Below are positions 1 through 15,587 of a DNA stretch of 64,000 nt, one piece after another. The notes under the pieces were generated by a model that saw nothing but the letters and a program-made list of their open reading frames with translations, was not told where the DNA came from and searched no databases. A program made the translations under genes and the position numbers. Positions within the stretch are counted from its first letter, which is position 1; each line of letters starts with the position of its first letter. Origin of the DNA: Octopus vulgaris (Eukaryota). The stretch is from the NCBI GenBank assembly GCA_951406725.2, contig OX597817.1, positions 4,216,001 to 4,280,000 of the forward strand, written 5' to 3'.

Positions 1-100
1 TGACTGAAGACTGAGGGTTTCGAATGTCCTGTCCGTGTTTATAGTATCGTCTTCTAAGAGTTATACGTTCTTGTCCATGTTGTATTTTTCTACATACCTT

Positions 101-101
101 A

Positions 102-186
<85 letters not shown>

Positions 187-338
187 CATATATATATATA
201 TACATATATATACATAAATTATTAGAGAGTTACCACTATGTGGATAGCTCTAGTGCTAAAAATAGCTCCGATAGTATAGCCACAGAAACGATGTTTCCAA
301 CTAGAAATAACATTACATTTAACCTCATTTATAAATTT

Positions 339-412
<74 letters not shown>
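101..412. repeat. (TA)n microsatellites flanking a short unique insert (about 216-345)
   Basis: Direct reading of (TA)n tracts. The insert begins TTAGAGAGTTACCACTATGTGG, homologous to the hairpin arm at 16852-16969. Confidence 0.9.
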
Positions 413-413
<1 letters not shown>

Positions 414-684
414 AGTAAATGTAGGGAAAAACAAGTTAGATTAATATTTAAAATATATTAAATACATTAAATGCAAAAAATGTATATATGTTTACATACA
501 AAAACATCTGACTTTCATAAATTACAAGTGATATTGAGAATTAATAGTTGTTCCTGAGGGCTCGGTGTTCCAAAATACTGTTTACAGATTGATTCCATCG
601 TAGGATGAGACGTTCCTCCGTCTTCAGGGAAGAGATTTTACATTTGAGGTGTTCAAGGAAATAGTTGCAGAGATGGAATATATC

Positions 685-1310
685 CTTTTCTACTCTTGGC
701 ACAATGCCCGAAATTTTGAGGTAGGGGGCTAGTCAATTAGGTACTTAATTTATCGACCCCGAAATGATGAAAGACAAAGTCGAACTCGGTGGAATTTGGA
801 GTCAGAGCATAAAGACAAACGAAATATCGTTAAGCAGTTCGCCCGGCGTGATAAAGTTTCTTGTTTGTTTATTGCCCACAAGGGGCTACACACAGAGGGA
901 ACAAACCAGGACAGACAAACGGATTAATAAATTACGTCGACCCCAGTGCGTAACTGGTACTTAATTTATCAACCCCGAAATGATGAAAGACAAAGTCGAA
1001 CTCGGTGGAATTTGGAGTCAGAGCATAAGGACAAACGAAATATCGTTAAGCAGTTCGCCCGGCGTGATAAAGTTTCTTGTTTGTTTATTGCCCACAAGAG
1101 GCTACACACAGAGGGAACAAACCAGGACAGACAAACGGATTAATAAATTACGTCGACCCCAGTGCGTAACTGGTACTTAATTTATCAACCCCGAAAGGGT
1201 GGAAGTCAAAGTCGACATCGGTGGAATTTGAACTCAGAACCGTAACGGCAGACGAAATACGGCTACGCATTTCGCCCGGCGTGCTAACGTTTCTGCCAGC
1301 TCGCCTTCTT
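685..1310 (-). mobile_element. tRNA-derived SINE family A, trimeric copy with 16-bp TSD
   Basis: Minus-strand head GGCGAGCTGGCAGAAACGTTAG, B-box-like GAGTTCAAATTCC and core TTTCATC..TTTCGGGGT.GATAAATTAAGTACC. The core unit recurs with a 216-bp period (740, 956, 1172). Flanked by AGAGATGGAATATATC (669-684) and AGAGATGAAATATATC (1311-1326). Confidence 0.88.
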
Positions 1311-1422
1311 AGAGATGAAATATATCATTTGTATTCCGTTTAAGTTGGATCTTTTTGTATGCAAACACACATGCATTTCTTTTGATTCTTTTTTTTTTTT
1401 TTTGCCTTTCGTGTATTTAATA

Positions 1423-1798
1423 TCTCTCTCTACATATAAACGGCAGTTTGTCTGTGTGTGTTTCTGTGTGTCTGTTTGCTTGTACCCTCACCCTGACCAC
1501 GCCTTTCAACCGATTCTGATGAAACTTGACACACACATAGCCCAATGTCATAATTCAAAACTAACGCAGCGAAAATTTTGAAAAGTTCCCCCAGTTCTGA
1601 AAAAAATCGATAAATTCGACATGGGGTCGAGAATGAGAAACCCAAACCACAGACCGTCTAGGGGACGCAACTCCACCTGTTTTAACTCTCAAAAAAAATT
1701 TACCATCATTTTTTTTCTATTTTTTGGCTATAACTCTCTAAAAATGCTTTATAGTTATTTCCCTTACAAACCTGAGCAACGCCGGGCGATACTGCTAG
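1423..1798 (+). mobile_element. Non-autonomous Helitron-like element
   Basis: 5' A|TC start, TATAAA then a (GTCT/GTGT) tract, 3' GC-rich hairpin-like CCTGAGCAACGCCGGG followed by CTAG|T. Inserted between A and T with no TSD. Confidence 0.75.
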
Positions 1799-2202
1799 TA
1801 CTATATATATTGATGTGTCTTACTTGCTTATCCCTACTTTTACTTCTATATCCGCTCAAGTTTAAACCTCTTGAGCAGTACTCAGTGTATTCAATTCGGG
1901 GAATATCTGATTCTCATCATTAAATATCGTTGCTGTTATGTTTAACGGTTGCTATTATGTTTAACTCTAGTGTGTCCAAATTTGACCAAATGCGTATATT
2001 TTAATTTTTTTCAATATTTATATTTGCTTGCAATTGCCGGTTCTTTTGATCAGACTATCGTATCTCCAGCTGCTTCAAATGCCAAGATATCAAAAATTGT
2101 CAAAGTGTAGTACAACGGCTTGGCTATGGAATGGTGAAATTATGTTTTCGTTTTCTCAAAAGGTGTGTGTCTCAAAAGATATGTATCTTGGTGTAATAGC
2201 AA

Positions 2203-2244
<42 letters not shown>

Positions 2245-2248
<4 letters not shown>

Positions 2249-2330
2249 GGAGGGATTCTTTCACTTTCTGTCAACCAATTCCACTCACATGCGTTTCAGA
2301 AGCTAGCTTCTTACCACAGAGCCACGTCTC
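2245..2330 (-). mobile_element. Degenerate SINE family B head fragment
   Basis: TTCTTTCACTTTCTGTCAACCAATTCCACTCAC...GCTTCTTACCAC matches the reverse complement of the 17365 element head. Confidence 0.55.
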
Positions 2331-2405
2331 TCTCTCTCTCTATATATATATATATCTGCATACATACTGATATATAGAAAAGTATATATGTACATGTATA
2401 TATGT

Positions 2406-2465
<60 letters not shown>

Positions 2466-2539
2466 TCTTTTACCTGTTTCAGTCCTTTGAATTCCATCAT
2501 GCTGGATTCAAACAAATCCACCCCGTGTCACTCTCTTTC

Positions 2540-2623
<84 letters not shown>

Positions 2624-2719
2624 TATGCTTATGCACATATACAATTATACGTGTCATGCTAACATACTTGAATATTGCACATTTATGCATATGTATGAGT
2701 GCGTGTGCGTGTGTATATG

Positions 2720-2800
<81 letters not shown>

Positions 2801-3061
2801 AAAGAGGTAAAAGGGTTGGTCGTGTGTGATAACCAGACAGCTAGCTCGTCAGACATTCGCATTTTCAGACATACAGAGACTGACAAACTGTCAGTAAAAC
2901 AAAAGATGGATAGGCAGGGACTGAGAAAGCCTATTGATATATTTTATCGATAAAGACAGGCAAATACTTTGATAGTCAGACAGATAGACTAGCTGACGAG
3001 AAAATAGACAAAAAAAAAAAAAGAGAAAAGAGGCATACCGCGTGAGAACTTGAGGAATTAG

Positions 3062-3159
<98 letters not shown>

Positions 3160-3576
3160 GTTTGTGTATGTGTGTGTGTTTGTATATATATATATATATA
3201 TGTGTGTGTGTATATATATGTCTATATATATGTATATATATATATTTTTTTTATATATATGTATATATATATATATCCATATATATATATATATACATAT
3301 ACATATGTATGCATATTTATATATATATGCTTATATATATATATATATATGCTTATATATGTATATATATATATATATATGTAGGTTTATATATGTATAT
3401 ATATACAGACATATATATATATAGATATATATATATACACATATATACATAGACATATATATATACATATACACACATATATATATACGTATATACATAC
3501 ATACGTATATACATACATATAGATATAGTTAGACTAAGATATACATATATATAAAGACATAAAATGTGTGTATGTT

Positions 3577-3613
<37 letters not shown>

Positions 3614-3665
3614 GTGTGTGACTATGTGTGTGTGTGTGTTCGTGTGTGTGTGACTATATGTGTGT
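2330..3665. repeat. Compound (TA)n/(TG)n/(CA)n/(GA)n microsatellite field
   Basis: Direct reading. Confidence 0.9.
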
Positions 3666-3764
3666 ATTCAAGAGGTTAGACAGACAGATAGCGACAGAGA
3701 GAAAAATAAACATTATTTAGATAGTTTCGCGCGAGAATGTGTGTGAAAGATAATGACAAAGAGT

Positions 3765-4066
3765 GAATGAGAGAAGAGGGTGGGGACACGTTGAGAAGGA
3801 AAGAAATGAAGAAAAATAGGAAGAGGGAAAAGAAGAATGTATTGAAGAGAAGAATTGAAAGACAAAGGGAAAAAGAGGAGATGAAAGAAGAAGGAAAGAA
3901 ACAGGTGAAGAAAGAAAGAAAGAAATCAAGAAAGAAAGGAAAAAGAAAGGAATCAAGAAAGAAAGGAAAAAGGAAGAAGGAAAGAAAGTAAGGAAAAGAA
4001 AGAAAGAAAAGAAGAAACAAAGAAAGAAAGAAAGAAAGAAGGAGAAAGGAAGGAAGAAAGCAAGAC

Positions 4067-4113
<47 letters not shown>

Positions 4114-4397
4114 AGAAACAAAGAAAGGAAGAAAGAAAGGATAAAAGAAAGAAAGAAAGAAAGAAGGAAGGAGACAAAAGAAGAAAGAAAGAAAGGAGAA
4201 AAGGAGAGAGAAAGCAAAGACAGAAAGAAGGAAAGAAAGAAAGAAAGAAATAAAGGAAGGAAGAAAGAAAGAACGGAAAATAGGAAAGAAAGAAAGAAAG
4301 AAAAAACAAAGAAAGGAAGAAAGAAAAAAGAAAGAAGGAAAGAAGAAAGAAAGAAAGAAAGAAAGGAAGAAACAAAGAAAGAAAGAAAGGAAGAAAC

Positions 4398-4453
<56 letters not shown>

Positions 4454-4480
4454 GAAGAAACAAAGAAAGAAAGAATAGAG
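3765..4480. repeat. Purine-rich degenerate (GAAA)n tract
   Basis: About 700 bp of nearly pure A/G on the + strand. Confidence 0.92.
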
Positions 4481-4554
4481 GGGAATCAGAAAGTCTGAAA
4501 GTCGGTGACATTAATATTCATGATAAACGTAGGGACAGATGACAGGCGCGCTAG

Positions 4555-6660
<2,106 letters not shown>

Positions 6661-6729
6661 GATTTAGAAAAGTGTGGTTATACTGTAAGAATGTATATTT
6701 AATATTTTCTCCTTATGAGTTCGGGTGTA

Positions 6730-7456
<727 letters not shown>

Positions 7457-9366
7457 ATACCCGTCAAATACCCGCTAAAGGAACGAAGACTGTAAAAGTA
7501 AATAAATACCCGTAAATAACTCAACATCACTATGTGTAACGAGAAAGTGTTTTTTGCGATTGCTGAAGTACCGGCATTAGTTGTGGTACTCATGGTGTAT
7601 AGGTGTTGGTGCTGGTGGTAGTCGTTACAGTTGCGGTACTAGTAGTGGTGATTTTGTGACACTGGACTCAGTGGTCGTGGCAGTAGTAGAATTAGCGGTG
7701 CTGTTGGTGGTTGTAGTTGTGGCTACAGTGGTAGTAGTGGTGATGATGATGGAGGTGGTGGTGGTGGTTGTGTTGGTGGTAGTGGTGGTGGTGGTGGTGG
7801 TGGTGGTGGTGGTGGTGGTGGTGGTGGTGGTTGTGTTGGTGGTAGTGGTGGCCTTAGAAGTAATAATGGTTTGTTATTGTGGTACTGTTGATAGTTTGGT
7901 AGTGGTGATGGAGATTGTAGTTTTGGTTTTGGTGTTGGTAGAGGTGGTTATTTCAGTTGTGGTTTGTGTTGTAGTTCTTGTGGTGGTGTTTGTGTTGTTT
8001 GCGGTAGTGATAACGGCGGCGGCAGTGGTGGTGGTGATGGTAGTAGTGGTGGTGATGGTGGCAGTGGTGGTGGTGGTGGTGGTGGTGGTGGTGGTGGTGG
8101 TGGTGGTGGTGGTGGTGGTGTGGTGGTGGTGGTGGTGGTGGTGGTAGTGGCGGGGTGGGTGTTGGTTGAACGTAGTCGTGGTGATGTAGCGATGAAACTA
8201 GGGGCAGTGATATCAATGGTGATGGTCATATCGTTGGTCGCGATGGTACCAGTGGCACGCGTGGTAGCGGTTACGTGATTGAAGGTAGAGCCATTGGTGG
8301 TGGCGGTAGTGGTGGAGATGCTGGATTTCGTTGTGGTGGTCGTGTTAGGATGTTTGATGTGTGTATGGGGGTGGGGGTGGATTCTACTAATGTAGTCGCG
8401 GTGATAGTGATGATGGTGGCATTAGTGACGTGTGGTGGTGGTGGTGGTGGTGGTGGTATTTGTAGTGGTGGTGGTTTTCGTAATGATGATAATGCTATTG
8501 TTTATGATGGTGGTATTAACAGTGTAGGGTGTGGTGGTAGTGTCAATATGTGGGGGTTACAGTAAGAGGTAATTGTTGTGATGATGGTGGCCACGCTATT
8601 CTAGGGTTGTGGTAGTAGTCGCTAATGGTGAATCCGGTGGTGGTGGTGGTAGAAATGAAGTTGTAGTGGTACTGCTGTCGTAATAGTAGTAGTAGTAGTA
8701 GTGGTGGTGGTGGTGGTGGAAGTAGTAGTAGTAGTAGCTGTTGTTGTTGTGGTAGGAGTGATGGATGAGGTGGTGGGAATGATGGATGGATTTGTAGTGG
8801 ATGGATTCGTGGTGGAAGGATTGGTGGTGGAACGGTTAATGCGCTGATAGAGGTGGTGGCGGCGGTTGTGATGGTGGTAGTGGTAGTGGTGGCGGCGGTT
8901 GTGGTGGTGGTGGTGGTGGCGGTTGTAGTGGTGGTGGTAGAGGTGGTGGTGAAGGCAAATCTAGTAAGGATTTACGGTGGAACCGTCGGTGGAGGTTATA
9001 GTGATGGTAGTAGTAAAAGTAGGGACGGTGCTTGTAGTATTAATGGCAGTGGAGGCGGTAGTGGTGGTGGTGGTGGTGGTGATGGTGGTGGTGGTGGTGG
9101 AGGTAATGGTGGTAGTGGTTGGCGGTGGTTGTGGTGGTGGTGGTGATAGAAATGACTGTAGTAATTAATGCTGAATGTCGTTGTGATGGTAGTGGTTTAT
9201 GGTATTGGCGATAGTTGTGGTAGTGTGGTGGTTGTAGTCAGATGGTGGTGTTGGCGAAAGACAGTGGTAGTGTTGCAGTTGTAGTAGTGGTGGTGGTGAT
9301 ATGGTGGTGGTGATGATTGTAGGCTTGGTGTAGGTGGTGGTCTTGGCAGTAGTGCTTGTGGTTGCG

Positions 9367-9428
<62 letters not shown>

Positions 9429-9439
9429 GGTAGTAGTAT

Positions 9440-9473
<34 letters not shown>

Positions 9474-9725
9474 GGTGGTGGTGGTGGTGGTGGTGGTGGT
9501 GGTGGTGGTAACAGTTGTAGTGACAGTGATGGCATTTCTGATGTTGGTATTGATGTTGGTAGTGGTTGTGGTTGTAGTGGATGTTGGTAGTGGTTGGTAG
9601 TGGTTGTGGTTGTGGTGGTGGTGGTACTGTCAATGCTGGTAACAGCATGGTAAGGTGACAGTTGTCGCTGATGCGGGGTGATGATACATGCAATGATAGT
9701 TTGAGGGATTAGTGGTAACGATGTT

Positions 9726-9955
9726 ATTGTTTAGCCCCAGGTCACCTATCGTCGAGTAGTTTAATAATCGGGAGACATTCCAAACGTGCCCATCCCATCT
9801 TTTTCCCCTGTTAGTCGCAGGTTAGTCGGGACCACATCCCCTATACAACTTTTTACCTTCCCGTCTTTTTCTAAGATGGCTTGAAGTGATTTGTGAGGGA
9901 ATTTATACCTATTTCTAGCTGGCTAGTGACCATGTAGGGGTTCTCTTGTTGAGAA
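9726..9955 (+). repeat. Old dispersed ~230-bp repeat (family D), representative copy
   Basis: Motifs GTTTAGCCCCAGGTCA...CATTCCA...GTGATTTG.G.GGGA..TTT....CTATTTCTAGC recur at about 10753, 13050, 24240, 28935, 31610 and 32040 (+), and 60255 and 61925 (-). Confidence 0.6.
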
Positions 9956-9999
9956 CCTCTACATGGTTGTTGGTGGGTGTTGCTGGTGGTGACGACGAC

Positions 10000-10044
<45 letters not shown>

Positions 10045-10236
10045 GGTGGTGGTGGTGGTGATGATGATGATGATGATAATGAGGAGGAGGAGGAGGAGGA
10101 GGAGGAGGGGGATGATAAGGAAGATCATTGTGGTGGTCGAAGGTGGTAGTGATGGTTTGGTACTGGTGGCGCTTGTGATGTCGTTAGGGGTCTTGCTTAT
10201 GATGGTGATGTGGGTAGTGGCTAAGGGGTAAGTTGC

Positions 10237-10278
<42 letters not shown>

Positions 10279-11233
10279 AATGACGACGGCGACGACGATG
10301 ACGACGACTGTGACAGCGACAATGGTATGGGTGGTGGTGATTATGGGGTAGAAGATGATCGCGGTGGTGGTGATGGTGGTGGTGGTGGTGGTGGTGATGG
10401 CAGTGGTTAAGCTGGTGTTTGTCATAGTGACTGTTGTGATAATGGTTGTGATGGTATTACTAGTGGTAGTGTCGATGGTGTTATGGGTGGTTGTTGTGAT
10501 GGTGGTGGTGGTGGTGGTCATCATAATGAAGCTGGTGCTATTGACAAGGATGGTCGCGAAAATGTTGTGCTTGTTGCTGTTGCTATTGTGACTGATCAAA
10601 AACCAAGCTGGAGCAATTTGTCTTTTTTATTGTTATCCTGTTCTTGTAATGATAGCATCGGTGGTGTTGCCAGTGGTGTTGTGTTAGTTGTAGTGTGAGT
10701 TGTAGTATTTGATAGACGGGGTGTAGGGTTTTTCTGGGGTATAACTGTTGCTGTGTTAGCCCAAGGACAACTCTGATTATACCGACTTAAGATATAACAC
10801 ACTCCAGCCCTGCCCATCACTGACTATTTCTTATGTAAAGTGTAAAGTATGATTTTAAGGAACTTCGCTGTTATTTCTAGCAGATCTTAGTGTTCCTCCC
10901 ACATTGGCTCATGTCGAATATCTGTTGTTAGTGGTTTCATGGCTGTAGTAGTAATGTGTGTTGTCAGTGGTTAATGGACGTGGTGGTATGTTGTTGCAAA
11001 TGGTGGAGTCTACGTCGATGGTGTGGTGGCAATGGTGGTGCTGTCGTTGGTGGTGTGATGGTGGTGGTGGTGGTGGTGGTGTACGCAGCGCTGACGGTGT
11101 TGTGAGGATGGTGACGGTGCCGGTGGAGTCGGTGGTGTGGTGCTGATGGTGGTGGAGTTGTTGTTTTTGTTGGTGATTGTGGTGATGGTTGTGGTGGTGG
11201 TGGTGATGGAGTCGGTGTTGTTGGTGGTGGTGC

Positions 11234-11265
<32 letters not shown>

Positions 11266-12347
11266 ATGTAGGCGGTGGCGCTGGTGGCTTGAATGTGGCG
11301 GAGGTATGTGATATCACACGTGTTGTCAGTGACAGTATGTTACACGTGGTATTGTGATGAGGTGTACTACGTGTGTGTGTGTGTGTATGTGTTTATGAAA
11401 GTGAGCGTGTGTATATTTATGCGTGTGTGTATTTTGCAAATGGTGGTGGATTGCGATAATGGTGGTGGGTGGTCACAAAAGTGTTGCTATTTTAAAGTGT
11501 AGTGTAGTTTATGGTATGTGGATAGTCGTGGTGTCGGGGTAGTTGTGATTGCGGTGGTATTGGTGTTGGTGTTATTTTATTGTGGTGTTGTTGAGATTCT
11601 CGTAAATGTCGTTGGCAGTGTAGCGGTAGTATATTTGTAGTACCGGTTGCAGTGGTGGGGTGTTGTGGTGAGAGTCATTCTGATATACTGTTTGTCAAAG
11701 TGTGAGGTAGAGTCAAATATTGCTGCTGCTGCTGCTAGTAATATTGGTGTTGCTGGAAGTGGTGGTGGTGCTTTTGTTGGTGGTGCTGGTGATGATTAAC
11801 ATGTGGTGGTGTTGGTTGTGGCGGCAGTGGTGGCCGTGATGGCGGTGATGGCGGTCATGGTGGTGGTGGTGGCGGTTTTGATGGTGGTTATCGCGGTGGC
11901 GATGGTCAAATGGTGTTCATAATAGTGGTGGTTGTTGTATGGTAGTGGTGGCGATAGTGATGCTAGTGGTAGTTGCGGTGGGAGTGGATAATAGCCGTGG
12001 TACGGAATCTGGTGGTGGTAGTGGCGCTGGTGATAGTGGTGGTGGTGATGAACTGTAGTAGAAGTAGTGGTGGTGGTGATGGTAGCAGTGGTGGTGGTGG
12101 TGGGGGAATATGGTGAGGAGCACCGGTTGGGGGTGTGTTTTATTTGCTGTTGTAGTCGTTATTGCTGGTGGTGGTGGTGGTGGTGGTGGTGGTAGTGGTG
12201 CTACTGACAGTCCTGTCCATGCACGGGATGGTGACGGACACGACACTGATGGTGGTAGTGTATCATTTGGAAGGTGTGGCTGTCAGTGATGGTAGCGAGT
12301 CATGTTGTGGATTGGTGTTTGTTTATATTGATGGTGAGATGCTGAGA

Positions 12348-12558
12348 GCAGCGACGTGGCTCAATCGTTAGCGCTCCGGGCAAAATGCTTAGACGCATTC
12401 CGTCTGAGTCGATGTTCTGAGTTCAAATTCAGCCGAGGTTGTCTTTACCTTTCATCCTTTCGGAATCGATAAAATAAGTACCAGTTGAACACTGGGGTCG
12501 ATTACATCAACTTAGCCCATTCCCCCAAATTTCAGACCTTGTACCAAAAGTAGAAAAT
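12348..12558 (+). mobile_element. SINE family A copy
   Basis: GTTCTGAGTTCAAATTC...CCTTTCATCCTTTCGGAATCGATAAAATAAGTACCAGTT, followed by a (TTA)n tail. Confidence 0.8.
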
Positions 12559-12587
12559 ATCATTATTATTATTATTATTATTATTAC

Positions 12588-12646
<59 letters not shown>

Positions 12647-12671
12647 GTAGTAGTAGTAGTAGTAGTATTAA

Positions 12672-12825
12672 GGCGGCGAGCTGGCAGAATTGTTAGCGCG
12701 CCGGACAAAATGCTTAGCGGCATTTCGTCCGTCTTTACGTTCTGAGTTCAAATTCTATCGCGGTCGACTTTGATTTTCATATCCTTTCGGGTCGATTCAG
12801 GCCTCGTGCCTATTGTAGAAAGGAT
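12672..12825 (+). mobile_element. SINE family A copy (internally deleted)
   Basis: GGCGGCGAGCTGGCAGAATTGTTAGC head, GAGTTCAAATTC, (TTA)n tail. Confidence 0.82.
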
Positions 12826-12837
12826 TATTATTATTAC

Positions 12838-12916
<79 letters not shown>

Positions 12917-14446
12917 GATGGTGAAGTGAGGATTGTAGTCATACGTTTGTAGGGGTGTTATGCAGCTTTTTATTACTGATGGTGAGGTGGCGGTGATGAC
13001 TCGAAGATGTGGGGGTGTTATAAAGGGGTATTGTTACTGTTGTTGTTGTTGTTGTTTAACACAAGGTCAATAGTGATCGACTAAGCTCATAACCAAAGGC
13101 ATTCCAGCCGGGATCATTTCGTCATTTCTTCATATGCAAAGAACCCAGACCCGCATTATGCAAAGTGGCGTTCATTTCTAAAGAGAATAGGGTGTGATTT
13201 TAGAGATTTGACTGCTATTTCAAGCAAGTCGAACGACTTCGTTTTGTTCCTCCACTCTGTTGGATCGCGGCGTGATGGTTGATGGTGCGCTGCTGTTGAT
13301 GGTGGGAAAGTTGATGTTGTTGTTGTGGTGGTAGTGGTGGTGATTTGAGGGGGGAGGTGATGGTGATGGCACTAGAGGTGGTGTTTGTGATGGTGGTGAT
13401 GGTAGTGATGGTGGTCGGGGTGGAGGTGGCGATGGTGATGCTGATAGCAGTAGAGGTGTTGTTGTTGTGGTTGTTGTTGTTGTTGTCATTGCTGTTATTG
13501 ATGTTGGTGTCCTTGGTGGGGTTGGTGGTGGTGGTGGTGGCGGTGGCGGTGGTGGTGGTGGTGGTGATGGTGGTGGTGGTGTTGTTGGTATCGCTGATGG
13601 TGGCGGCGGCGCTGATGGTGGTGGTGGCGGTGGTGGTGGTGGTGGTGGTGGTGGTGGTGGTGGTGGTGGCGGCGGCGGGGGTGGTGCTGGCGCTGATGGT
13701 GGCGGCGGCGCTGATGGTGGTGGTGGCGGTGGTGGTGGTGGTGGTGGTGGTGGTGGTGGTGGTGGTGGCGGCGGCGGGGGTGGTGCTGGCGCTGATGGTG
13801 GCGGCGGCGGCGGCGGTGGTGCTGGCGGCGCTGATGGTGGTGGTCGATGGCATCAGTGGGAGGAGCTGTGTGGGGAACACGATGGTGTTGCTGTTTTGAT
13901 AGTAAACAGCGGTGGTATTAATTATGGACAGTATGGTAGGATGCGGTGTGGTGTGGTGTGGTGTGGTATTACGTAACGATGATGATGATGACGATGGTGA
14001 TGATGATGATGTTGACGATGATGGTGACGGGTAACAGTTGTGTGTGGGGTGGGGGTGGAGAGATGTCTGGTGTTTGCGAGTGACCAGAATGAATGCAAAG
14101 CGATGATGGGAAGGAAGGAAGCGTATTCCTCCTCTGCCAACTTGAAATCACCAGAAGCTTTTGCATAGTTTGAAAACTCCTTGGGATTCCTTAAAAACCA
14201 TGAAACCTTGTCAACTTGAAAAACTCGGGTCAGCGTGACACGGCGATGTCACAGAGACAAACACACATTGACACGCAGACAGACGCACACAGCCATATCT
14301 TACATCTGCACACACACACACACACACACACACACGTTATCGTATATAGTCACACACTGAGAGAGTGAGAGGGGGTTGAGTGAGAGTGGGAATGAGAGTG
14401 AGAGTGAGAGTGAGTGTGTTCTCACGTAGGCACAGTCACAGAGTCG

Positions 14447-14491
<45 letters not shown>

Positions 14492-14551
14492 GCACGCACA
14501 AACAAGTCAATTGGATGTGTGTGAGACGTACGGTGACGTCTATGTGAGTGA

Positions 14552-14600
<49 letters not shown>

Positions 14601-14896
14601 TGTGTGTGTGTATACATACACTTGTACGTATACGTACACACTTATAAACGAACGCACATACACAGAGATAAACGGAGGGTGTGAGACAGAGACACAAGCA
14701 CACACACGTACACACACAGGTCCAACACAAAATTGAGTGAGAGGGAGAGAGAAAGAGAGAGAGAAGGAGAGAGAGAGAGTGAGAGAGAGAAAGAATGGTC
14801 TGAGTGGTGAGGGGGAAATAGTCGCACACACAGACACATTCGCAAACACACTACAGCAAGCATATTCACCTACGCGTACACCGATTACAAACTTTT

Positions 14897-14937
<41 letters not shown>

Positions 14938-15369
14938 CACTCACACACATACTGTCACCGATATAAACGCTGAAACAGTGTCGCACGCATTTTTACGCAC
15001 GCACGCACGCACACACGCTCAAAGTCATGGACATTCAGTCATACACGGGCGTATATATACACACGCACTCTCCTTAATTTACACTCGTAAAAGAAAGACA
15101 GAAAACACACACTGATATAAAGTAATAAACACCCAAACACACACGCTCACACCTAAACAGAAACATTTAGACACAACAACAACAACAACAACAACAACAA
15201 CACTCACACACATACACACACACACACACATACACGCACACATACACACACATCTGTACACATACATAAAATAAAACAACCGATACACAAAAGTCTACAG
15301 AAAATCACAAATATTCAGCCCCAAAATATACACAAACTCCCATGTATATGCACACATAGAATGTATATA

Positions 15370-15587
15370 CGAGGGGGTGGCTGAAAAGTTCCAGGCTTTA
15401 AGGGTGTCGCGAAAGGCCTGGCTGGAGACCCAGCCTTCCGAGTTCTTTTACAGGGCTTGGGAAAACTGAAGGACCGCTGCAATAAGTGTATGAATCAGAG
15501 AGGGGAATATATTGAATAAAATCATGATCAACTGATTCTCCTGTATTTTCTTTTACCCAGAGCCAGGAACTTTTCAGCGCACCCAAG
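15370..15587 (+). mobile_element. Mariner-derived MITE
   Basis: TA|CGAGGGGGTGGCTGAAAAGTTCCAGGCT ... AGCCAGGAACTTTTCAGCGCACCC terminal inverted repeats. The interior encodes LKDRCNKCMNQRGEYIE*, resembling a mariner transposase C-terminus. Confidence 0.8.

Larger units (their letters stand above)
7580..14060. repeat. Extended degenerate (GGT)/(GAT)/(GTA)/(GGC) low-complexity domain
   Basis: About 6.5 kb of G/T-skewed triplet repeats interrupted by short dispersed repeats and SINEs. Confidence 0.88.

Noticed and set aside
764-1180. Duplicated 66-aa ORF as a small gene pair
   Set aside because: It is the antisense reading of duplicated SINE core units.
9871-13976. Mucin-like Thr-rich or Gly-rich proteins
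   Set aside because: They are open in several frames and on both strands, have no signal peptide or domain, and are interrupted by SINEs; best explained as (GGT)n decay.
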